20,000 nucleotides of DNA from the IMG/VR virus record IMGVR_UViG_3300027917_000036, one strand, 5' to 3'. The position numbers and the translations under genes are program-made. A model generated the notes under the pieces. That model ran no database searches and had not been told where the DNA came from. It worked only from the letters and a program-made list of their open reading frames with translations. Origin of the DNA: an uncultured virus (IMG/VR IMGVR_UViG_3300027917_000036). Its lineage: Duplodnaviria > Heunggongvirae > Uroviricota > Caudoviricetes. Shown piece by piece: positions 1-6,755 of this stretch (positions are counted from its first letter, which is position 1; every line of letters starts with the position of its first letter).

Positions 1-108
1 AAAGCCATCTTTGATTTTCTTAAGATAACTTTTTGCGTAACTGATAAAAGTTGGTTGGCAATAATCAACAATCTGTCCAATGAGTTGAGTTGTCAGGTTA
101 ATACCCAT
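1..108 (-). CDS. Hypothetical protein, 5' part only (MGINLTTQLIGQIVDYCQPTF...), runs off the window
   Basis: ATG at 108 preceded by SD AAGGAGGAAA on the - strand; frame open to position 1; not in the ORF track. Confidence 0.65.
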   Translation of the reverse strand, partial: MGINLTTQLIGQIVDYCQPTFISYAKSYLKKIKDGF

Positions 109-139
109 AACGCTTTCCTCCTTTAAATCTAAATAGTTT

Positions 140-205
140 GTGACTGCCATCATCAGTACCTCGCCGTCACACGAGGCAGACGGTGCCCAAGGGCACCGTT
201 TCGGC
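140..205 (-). ncRNA. Type II hammerhead ribozyme HH1
   Basis: Minus strand reads GCC GAAAC GGUGCC-cuug-GGCACC GUC^ UGCCUCG-ugugacgg-CGAGGUA CUGAUGA U GGC A GUCAC. Loop I GUGAC pairs with tail GUCAC. Predicted cut between 179 and 178. Confidence 0.93.
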
Positions 206-225
206 TATACTTATTATAACAGTTT

Positions 226-540
226 TTACAGTTTTTCGTCTTTGAACGCGATGGTTCCTAATACTTTCAAGGCCATAGCAACACTATTGTTCAGGCTGAT
301 TTTCCCGACGTATAAGTTATGCTGTTTTCCCTTATATGTTACAAAAATCGTTTCTTCTTTTTGGTCGAAAGGTTTGATCTTATCCAGTGGCGGGAAGATT
401 GTAAGTTCTGGCCTCGTCATTTTGACGAACCATAGATCGAAGGCATCGATAGCCTTCATTTTGCTTGTGAATACTCCCAGGATTTCTCCATCTTCTTTGA
501 TTACCCAAATATCCGTTTGTTGTCTAATGTTCTTTCCCAT
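226..540 (-). CDS. Hypothetical phage protein, 104 aa
   Basis: ORF track; strong SD AAGGAGGGA upstream; flanked by HH2 and HH1. Confidence 0.8.
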   Translation of the reverse strand: MGKNIRQQTDIWVIKEDGEILGVFTSKMKAIDAFDLWFVKMTRPELTIFPPLDKIKPFDQKEETIFVTYKGKQHNLYVGKISLNNSVAMALKVLGTIAFKDEKL

Positions 541-565
541 AATAATCCCTCCTTAATAAATTGTT

Positions 566-631
566 TGGCTACCATCTTCAGCACCACAGCACCACCTGTG
601 GTGGACGACCGCCATTGGCGGTCGTTTCGGC
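566..631 (-). ncRNA. Type II hammerhead ribozyme HH2 (CUGAAGA core)
   Basis: Minus strand reads GCC GAAAC GACCGCC-aau-GGCGGUC GUC^ CACCACAG-guggug-CUGUGGUG CUGAAGA U GGU A GCCA. Loop UGGU pairs with tail GCCA. Cut 604|603. Confidence 0.9.
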
Positions 632-633
632 GA

Positions 634-717
634 TTAAACATACCCGAAAATTGCACGTTTAATTATAACGTAACCTAAAAAACATCCCAGACAAAATAGC
701 AAAATTATACCTAACAT
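634..717 (-). CDS. Small single-pass membrane peptide, 27 aa (MLGIILLFCLGCFLGYVIIKRAIFGYV)
   Basis: ATG at 717 with SD AAGGAGGGG; hydrophobic stretch followed by KR; TAA lies 2 nt before HH2. Confidence 0.65.
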   Translation of the reverse strand: MLGIILLFCLGCFLGYVIIKRAIFGYV

Positions 718-730
718 GACTTCCCCTCCT

Positions 731-1078
731 TTAAGATCGAAGCCCATAGAACGTAACCATATGAAGGGCTTCTAATGTTGCGCCATTTAGTTTACCAAGA
801 TTCCGTTTTAGAGTTTTCCAGTACTCATGGTCCCAACCATAAACATTGTCCTCGGCGAGACGGTTAATAATTCCGTCTACCATGTTGGTTTTTTCCATTG
901 ATGATTTTGGGCTTTGCCGCATGTTAATGCTTTTCTTCATGATTGCCATTGTTTCTACGGCATCATCCTTGTCATCAGTGAAGTACGATTTATCTTCGAT
1001 AACTTTTCCATCTTCGATCCATCGAACTTCATACTCGCCCCATTGTTTTCTTTCGACAAGTTTCAATTGGATCCCCAT
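731..1078 (-). CDS. Hypothetical phage protein, 115 aa
   Basis: ORF track; SD AAGGAGGGA upstream. Confidence 0.8.
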   Translation of the reverse strand: MGIQLKLVERKQWGEYEVRWIEDGKVIEDKSYFTDDKDDAVETMAIMKKSINMRQSPKSSMEKTNMVDGIINRLAEDNVYGWDHEYWKTLKRNLGKLNGATLEALHMVTFYGLRS

Positions 1079-1098
1079 AATTCCCTCCTTGTTTATGA

Positions 1099-1135
1099 TG
1101 CGTTCCAGTAGGACGATAACTACTACTGGAACGCA
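1099..1135. repeat. Perfect 13-bp intergenic hairpin
   Basis: TGCGTTCCAGTAG (1099-1111) / CTACTGGAACGCA (1123-1135), 11-nt loop, between two minus-strand ORFs. Confidence 0.8.
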
Positions 1136-1144
1136 AATGGGCTG

Positions 1145-1417
1145 TTATTTTTTAGGTCTTACATAATCGAAGGTCAGCCATCCCTTGCGATTATCCGGGC
1201 CAGTACGCTGGAATACTCCTTGAGCACCATAATGCAGATTATAGTGTTCAACAAGTTCCTGGAGGAGGTCGTCGGTAAAGATATAATACCCTGCCTCAAG
1301 GAATTTTAATTCCTCTTCGGTTGACAGGGGATTAAACCGTTTTGCAATTACTCTGGTCACTGCGTTCTTATCGTCGTCAATTCCCAGAACTTTTGCTACC
1401 CATACCCGTTTTCCCAT
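1145..1417 (-). CDS. Hypothetical phage protein, 90 aa (MGKRVWVAK...)
   Basis: Start moved from the track's 1474, which lies inside HH3, to ATG 1417, which has SD AAGGAGGAG. Confidence 0.8.
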   Translation of the reverse strand: MGKRVWVAKVLGIDDDKNAVTRVIAKRFNPLSTEEELKFLEAGYYIFTDDLLQELVEHYNLHYGAQGVFQRTGPDNRKGWLTFDYVRPKK

Positions 1418-1441
1418 GGTACTCCTCCTTTCAAATGAGGA

Positions 1442-1508
1442 ACCTGCCTCATCAGCACGTGGAGGTAATCCCACGTGGACTATTCACCCGGAGGTGAATA
1501 GTTTCGGC
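1442..1508 (-). ncRNA. Type II hammerhead ribozyme HH3
   Basis: Minus strand reads GCC GAAAC UAUUCACC-uccg-GGUGAAUA GUC^ CACGUGG-gauuaccu-CCACGUG CUGAUGA GGC AGGU. Loop ACCU pairs with tail AGGU. Cut 1478|1477. Confidence 0.94.
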
Positions 1509-1510
1509 GT

Positions 1511-1681
1511 TTAATTGTTATCCTCAGCCCTGCGTTTCCAGAAACGCACATTCGCATCGGCGTCTTTGCAACGTCGGGCCCAGCGTACCACAGCAGCCTT
1601 AGATTTTGACTGTTCAACCTTTTTAGCACAAAAGGCACGCTTTTCTTCCCAGAACTTAACATTCGCTTCTGCAGTGTTCAT
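1511..1681 (-). CDS. Hypothetical 56-aa protein with an internal repeat (AEANVKFW / ADANVRFW)
   Basis: ATG 1681 with SD AAGGAG; TAA 2 nt before HH3; below the ORF-track size cutoff. Confidence 0.7.
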   Translation of the reverse strand: MNTAEANVKFWEEKRAFCAKKVEQSKSKAAVVRWARRCKDADANVRFWKRRAEDNN

Positions 1682-1693
1682 AGCTAAACTCCT

Positions 1694-1963
1694 TTAATCG
1701 TTGATACAACTTCTCACTTTGTGATCAATGACACGCCAGCCAAAAGAAGCCCATCGCCCTTCAGTTGGTTTCCATCCTTTGCTGGCAATAGCGGATATAG
1801 TCGCTTTTCTTGGCTCCAAATATTCAGGATCCGTATGATCCATCATAATTGCGAAAACGTCCTCTGAATAAGTTGGCCAACAACTGTTATACCGCAACAT
1901 ATCCACAGGAAATATACCGCTGCCTTCAACTATAAATCTGTGCATAAACATTTTTGTTGCCAT
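1694..1963 (-). CDS. Hypothetical phage protein, 89 aa
   Basis: ORF track; SD AAGGAGGGA. Confidence 0.8.
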   Translation of the reverse strand: MATKMFMHRFIVEGSGIFPVDMLRYNSCWPTYSEDVFAIMMDHTDPEYLEPRKATISAIASKGWKPTEGRWASFGWRVIDHKVRSCIND

Positions 1964-1993
1964 AATAAATCCCTCCTTGTGATAAATCGATTT

Positions 1994-2058
1994 TGAGCCA
2001 CCTCATCGGCGCATGGAGCTCATCTCATGCGGACAGGGACCGAAGCCCCTGTTTCGGC
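1994..2058 (-). ncRNA. Type II hammerhead ribozyme HH4 (CCGAUGA core)
   Basis: Minus strand reads GCC GAAAC AGGGGC-uucg-GUCCCU GUC^ CGCAUG-agaugagcuc-CAUGCG CCGAUGA GGU GGCUCA. Loop UGAGCU pairs with tail GGCUCA. Cut 2032|2031. Confidence 0.88.
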
Positions 2059-2060
2059 AT

Positions 2061-2261
2061 TTAGTGAACAGTGTAACCTCTGTTCTTTAGGATTGTGTGC
2101 CAGATACCCAATTTATATGGATTAGTCATCCTTTGGGTACGAAGATTAATATGTTGCATAATCTTCTCATCGCTATCGGCAAATTTCTTCTCAATATTTT
2201 CGAGCCTGAAAATTGCCTTTTCCACTTCCTTTAATGTTCTTTCTGCTGTCATAGTTTTCAT
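2061..2261 (-). CDS. Hypothetical phage protein, 66 aa
   Basis: ORF track; SD AAGGAGGAAA; flanked by HH5 and HH4. Confidence 0.8.
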   Translation of the reverse strand: MKTMTAERTLKEVEKAIFRLENIEKKFADSDEKIMQHINLRTQRMTNPYKLGIWHTILKNRGYTVH

Positions 2262-2285
2262 GATAAGTTTCCTCCTTAAAATATT

Positions 2286-2356
2286 TTGACCTGCCTCATC
2301 GGCAGTACGGCGGTCAATCCGTACTGGACGGGGATCTTAGCGATCCCCGTTTCGGC
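2286..2356 (-). ncRNA. Type II hammerhead ribozyme HH5 (CCGAUGA core)
   Basis: Minus strand reads GCC GAAAC GGGGAUC-gcuaa-GAUCCCC GUC^ CAGUACGG-auugaccg-CCGUACUG CCGAUGA GGC A GGUCAA. Loop UUGACC pairs with tail GGUCAA. Cut 2327|2326. Confidence 0.9.
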
Positions 2357-2358
2357 TC

Positions 2359-2814
2359 TTATGATTTGTTCTCATAAACAAATGGTTCCGCTGTTCTGAC
2401 ACTCCCAAGGTCATCACAGCATACAAATCCTTCAAGATGTTTTGGATGGAGTTTGTAGGGAAGGAACAGCATCCAGACAAGCAAGTCTTCTCGCTTCTCA
2501 AATTCTTTTAAATAGACAAAGACCTTCTCGTCGTCATAGCGGTCTATTAAGTCCATTTCCACTGTTTTATCATCTATAATAATAACAATATCATAAATGT
2601 TATAAGTGGTGAACAGAACGGCTTCGCCAATCATCGGGCTTTCGCTTTCACAGCCAGCATAACATTCCCAGTCCTCTTCGCTAAAGGGCTTGAACATCAT
2701 ATCCTTAAATCGTGGAGTAGAATGTCGAATGTCACGCACCATAGCTGCTATGCGCTTGCCAGATTCCCTAATAGAACCCCAATCTTTGCTTAACTGTTCA
2801 ATTGTTTTTTCCAT
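2359..2814 (-). CDS. Hypothetical acidic phage protein, 151 aa
   Basis: ORF track; SD AAGGAGGGA; flanked by HH6 and HH5. Confidence 0.8.
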   Translation of the reverse strand: MEKTIEQLSKDWGSIRESGKRIAAMVRDIRHSTPRFKDMMFKPFSEEDWECYAGCESESPMIGEAVLFTTYNIYDIVIIIDDKTVEMDLIDRYDDEKVFVYLKEFEKREDLLVWMLFLPYKLHPKHLEGFVCCDDLGSVRTAEPFVYENKS

Positions 2815-2846
2815 CGTAAATCCCTCCTTAAAATAAATTAATATTA

Positions 2847-2913
2847 GACTGCCTCATCGGCGTGAACCCGTCACGGCTCACGGACTGTTACCCCGAAGGG
2901 TAACAGTTTCGGC
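2847..2913 (-). ncRNA. Type II hammerhead ribozyme HH6 (CCGAUGA core)
   Basis: Minus strand reads GCC GAAAC UGUUACCC-uucg-GGGUAACA GUC^ CGUGAGCC-gugacg-GGUUCACG CCGAUGA GGC A GUC. Loop GAC pairs with tail GUC. Cut 2883|2882. Confidence 0.88.
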
Positions 2914-3189
2914 TTATAGGAGGATTTATCGGAGGATTAATGCATCAGCCTGCGATCCTACTGAAATTCGGATCGGTTCTTCCCAAAATTCCAACGGGAT
3001 TCTCTGTTGCGGTTTTCTGGCATCCAAACCCGTGCGCGGTTGGACTAAGATGTTGTGGGGATTTAGAACTGATGGCTCACTTTACCACATGCTTTATCGG
3101 GAAAGGCCTCGCGTCCCATGCCAGACGCGGTCCACGGTTTTATCCATGGCTAATCCTTTCTGGTTTTCGTAAAATTCGATAAGTTTTTA

Positions 3190-4190
3190 TAGTGAAAAAC
3201 CGTTTTAGGAAGGAGCCCTATTTTTTGCACGGCAGGGACAAAACCATACCGGAGGGAAAATCGGGTGGGATAAAACTAAGCTATTCAACGGTTAAAAACG
3301 CTATCTTAAAACCTTATGAGAAGGATAACAAATCCAGAGGTTTTTGTTTTCCCTTGACCGCCCAGCCCGTTATCCTTAGGAACCCAAGGGAGGGAGTCGC
3401 TGGAGCCCGACTCCCTGTATACATTATCGACATTTTTACACAAAAAACAAGGACCTGAGGGCATTTTAAAGGCTAAAAAGGGCCTCCAGAATCCTCCAGA
3501 AGGAAAAAAGGCCCGAAAACGCCTATTTTTACCCCTTCTATACCTAAAAAAGCGCATGTAGGCCGTTTTTCGTCCTCTCTGGACCGATATAAAATGCCCG
3601 AAAACCTAAAATGCCAAAAAAAGTCCTTTTTTAGCTATATTTTAGCTATAAGATAGCTGTTTTCACGATTAAATCTAAGTAAATCAAACTAAAAAATCAA
3701 ACTCAGCCCTTCCCCATTTAGGGCTAAAAAAGCCCTAAAAACGGTTAAAAAGCCTTCCGAAATGCCGCTGCCCTACTTATCGTTTAGTCGCTAAAATAAG
3801 GATGTGAACAGTCCTGAGAGGATCCAGAATGAACAGTCGGGATAGGGCCGTAAAAGGGCTATAGGTTAAAAAAAAGCGCAAACGCTAAAGGGGTGAAAAG
3901 CGTTGCGTTACGTGTTGCACGGTTACGGGTGAAGGGCTGCGTGCGTGGTGGTGGTACAGAGGGATGGGTTTTTTAGGATGAACTCGCGCCACCTTCCCCC
4001 ACGGCCACGGCCTATAGTTTGACGTTAATCCCATGCCGATGTGACCGGACACATCCGGAACATCCTGTATGTGTAAATTATCCTTGTTTATATAGTCTGT
4101 TCAACTTATCATATAGCCTCTTGGAAATCCGTGTATGAACACGGTAAATGGTTATGTGCCTGGATGGCTTATTTTCTAACAGAGGGAGTG
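3190..4190. other. Long divergent, probably non-coding region with many A/T tracts (candidate genome end, pac site or divergent promoters)
   Basis: No ORF with a convincing SD; lies between the leftward small-gene cluster and the terminase small subunit gene; numerous A4-A8 tracts. Confidence 0.5.
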
Positions 4191-4748
4191 ATGCCAAGTC
4201 CCCGAAAATATAACAAGAGTATATCCCGTCGACCGCAAGATAAAAAGCGAAAGAGGAATGCTACGTTCACACGTCTCGCCAGAAAGATTATTTACGAGGC
4301 ACTTGGAGCGCGAATGCCTATTAACAGAGCGACAGAGCTTGCAGGTATTTCGCCTGACGTGTATAGGGACTGGATGGACAAAGGATTATCAGATCCTAAT
4401 AAGTTTCCAGTGCATGCTTGCTTCGTTCGTAAAATCAAGCGTATCCAGGCACAACATGAAAAAGATGCCTTAGATGTTATCAGGGCAGCGCACGAGGGAA
4501 AGTTTGTTATTAAAGAAACTCGCGTTTCCACTGGTACAAAAGGCACGACAATGACAAGGACCACAAAGACTGTTCATCCTAATTGGGGTGCTGCAGCATG
4601 GTTCTTGGAACGTCGATATAAGGATTATCAGATCAACCAAGCTTTAGAACAGAACTTATTAACTCCCCAACAAAAAGCATTAGAAATTAAAATGGCTCTT
4701 GATGCGTTAACAGAAACGGTGCCCAGTAGTCCTAACGGAGAAGAGTAG
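4191..4748 (+). CDS. terS: Terminase small subunit, putative
   Basis: Directly upstream of terL; HTH-like segment (INRATELAGISPDVYRDW) and WGAAAWFLERRY motif; start set at ATG 4191 after GAGGGAG. Confidence 0.75.
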   Translation: MPSPRKYNKSISRRPQDKKRKRNATFTRLARKIIYEALGARMPINRATELAGISPDVYRDWMDKGLSDPNKFPVHACFVRKIKRIQAQHEKDALDVIRAAHEGKFVIKETRVSTGTKGTTMTRTTKTVHPNWGAAAWFLERRYKDYQINQALEQNLLTPQQKALEIKMALDALTETVPSSPNGEE

Positions 4749-6170
4749 ATGGCATTTGCTGCTCGAACACTATACGATCCTGAGAATTATGCCACTGATA
4801 TGAATTTATCAGCAAGCATGGAACGTAAGGCACGTGCTCTGGTAGCCAGATGGTATAAGCTGCGTTATCATGCTGTACAGAGCAGTTTATGGCGATCGCC
4901 TTATCGTTTTAATGTAGTACCTTCTGGCAGACGTAGCGGGAAAACAGAATTGCTCGGTAAGCGGAAATTAGTTCTCAAAGCCCTGAAAGGCTCACCTTAT
5001 ATGGATGGGCGATATTTCGCTGCTGCACCTACAAGGGACCAAGCTAAACGCATCTATTGGAAAGATCTCAAGATGCTTACCCCTCCTTGGTTAATGGGTG
5101 GCCCTCCTTCTGAATCTAATCTAATGATTCCACTTATCAATGGCTCTGAGATCCATGTTTTGGGAATGGATAAACCGGAACGTGTTGAAGGATCTCCTTG
5201 GGACCACGGTATTCTGGATGAGATCGGCAACATGAAGCCTGATACTTGGCCAGAGCACGTAAGGCCAGCTCTTGCTGACAGGCATGGTTCTTGTGACTTT
5301 ATTGGTGTTCCTGAAGGCCGTAACCACTATTATGACTTATATAAAAACGCCCAAGCGGACGACACTGGTAATTGGGGAGTGTTCCATTGGATGTCTTCTG
5401 ATATCCTTCCCGAAGAAGAAATAGAACAGGCAAAACTGGATCTTGACGAACTGACCTTCCAACAGGAGTTTGGCGGACTGTTCGTTATGTTCAGTGGGGC
5501 AGCATATTACAATTTTGATGAAAAGAGAAATCAAGGAGCATACAGGCAATTCTACGATCGTAAAAAACCTCTCGTCTTCTGCTTCGACTTTAATGAGAGT
5601 CCTGGTGTTGCCGCCATTATTCAGGAACTACCTATCAAGATCTCCAAGAAGCATTTATACCTCGTTGGAAAAACGTTCAGTGCTGTTATCGGCGAGGTTC
5701 ATATTCCACGCAACAGTAACACTATAAAGGTCTGTGATAAGTTATGGGAAGATTGGAAACGCCATCGTGGACCAGTGATATGTTATGGTGATTCTACTGG
5801 TGGGGCTGGAGGTAGCGCAAAGGTTCAGGGTAGCGACTGGGACCTTGTAAAGAAAGTATTAAAATCTAAATTTGGTGATCGCATATCTTTCCGTGTTCCT
5901 AAGCAAAATCCTCGAGAGCGAGCAAGAGTTAATGCCGTGAACAGTCGTCTTAAGAATACTGTAGGGCAAGTCTTTCTGGGAGTGGATCCCAAGCATGCCC
6001 CAATGACTGTTAAGGACTTTGAGGGTGTTCGTGTAGTAGAAGGAGGAACTGGGGAAATTGATAAGTCCGATAAGATGTTAACTCACTTGACAGATGCTAT
6101 TGGCTATTACATCGCTTATGAATATCCTGTCAGGCAATTATTGGCTCCTAAAGAAAGGTATTGGAAATAG
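4749..6170 (+). CDS. terL: Terminase large subunit
   Basis: Walker A SGRRSGKT, Walker B GILDE, RNase H-like nuclease motifs CFDFN, YGD and THLTDAIGY. Confidence 0.95.
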   Translation: MAFAARTLYDPENYATDMNLSASMERKARALVARWYKLRYHAVQSSLWRSPYRFNVVPSGRRSGKTELLGKRKLVLKALKGSPYMDGRYFAAAPTRDQAKRIYWKDLKMLTPPWLMGGPPSESNLMIPLINGSEIHVLGMDKPERVEGSPWDHGILDEIGNMKPDTWPEHVRPALADRHGSCDFIGVPEGRNHYYDLYKNAQADDTGNWGVFHWMSSDILPEEEIEQAKLDLDELTFQQEFGGLFVMFSGAAYYNFDEKRNQGAYRQFYDRKKPLVFCFDFNESPGVAAIIQELPIKISKKHLYLVGKTFSAVIGEVHIPRNSNTIKVCDKLWEDWKRHRGPVICYGDSTGGAGGSAKVQGSDWDLVKKVLKSKFGDRISFRVPKQNPRERARVNAVNSRLKNTVGQVFLGVDPKHAPMTVKDFEGVRVVEGGTGEIDKSDKMLTHLTDAIGYYIAYEYPVRQLLAPKERYWK

Positions 6171-6174
6171 GGAA

Positions 6175-6543
6175 ATGGATAGGTTCTATTTTAAAAAGAC
6201 TTACTCGATACAGGACATATACAATATTTTCGATATTCCACCGACTTTTCAATGTGTGAATAAAACATATCCTTCTATAGAAGAAGCAAATAAAAAGCTG
6301 GAAGGATTTAAGAAGGCGTTCAAGAAAGGATATCGCATGTTGGCCCACTATCACCATCCGGACCACGGTGGTGCCAAGGAGAAGATGCAAACTATTAACA
6401 TGATCTATAGTAATCTTATGAAGACGCTGTCACTTATCCGTAGGCAGCCACCGCCACGGCCACAAGTTGTGCACTACTACTATTATAGTACTGCAGGTTA
6501 TTCTGGTTATGGTGGTAGTTCAACAACCACAGCATACTGGTAG
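6175..6543 (+). CDS. J-domain (DnaJ-like) protein
   Basis: FKKGYRMLAHYHHPDHGG...MQTIN matches J-domain helix II, HPD loop and helix III; start moved to ATG 6175 just after the terL stop. Confidence 0.8.
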   Translation: MDRFYFKKTYSIQDIYNIFDIPPTFQCVNKTYPSIEEANKKLEGFKKAFKKGYRMLAHYHHPDHGGAKEKMQTINMIYSNLMKTLSLIRRQPPPRPQVVHYYYYSTAGYSGYGGSSTTTAYW

Positions 6544-6553
6544 GAGACTTATC

Positions 6554-6721
6554 ATGGCAAAGACAATCATGGCAAAGAAAGGCGTAACAAGAATTACAGC
6601 GAAGCAGAAATCAGCAAGGCGTATGAACATTAAAAAAGCCCAAGCAGCACATCGGAAAGCGAAACGGGCTGCGGCCAAAAGAGAGAAGAGAGAACATCTT
6701 GGCACAACTCCTTGGTCTTAA
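6554..6721 (+). CDS. Small highly basic protein, 55 aa
   Basis: SD AGGAG then ATG 6554; contains RITAKQKSARRMNIKKA. Confidence 0.75.
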   Translation: MAKTIMAKKGVTRITAKQKSARRMNIKKAQAAHRKAKRAAAKREKREHLGTTPWS

Positions 6722-6755
6722 ATAATGTATAAGTTGAGTATATAGGAGACTTATT

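Noticed and set aside
140..2289. Plus-strand ORFs 140-556, 846-1166, 914-1111, 1515-1697 and 2095-2289, and minus-strand 1480-1662
   Set aside because: Antisense or out-of-frame shadows of SD-bearing genes; some run through ribozymes.
140..2913. Intergenic repeats read as a CRISPR array, rho-independent terminators or integron attC sites
   Set aside because: The repeats are not identical, the spacers are whole ORFs, there are no U-tracts on the coding strand and no integrase in view. The hammerhead core explains the conserved bases.
3423..3450. Possible leftward sigma70 promoter (TTGTTT-16-GATAAT on the - strand)
   Set aside because: Weak match in AT-rich DNA; cannot be supported without transcription start data.
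2940..3557. ORFs 2940-3182, 3192-3458 and 3306-3557
   Set aside because: Atypical composition and they overlap structured or A-tract DNA. ORF 2940-3182 does have GGAGG upstream, so it is not fully excluded.
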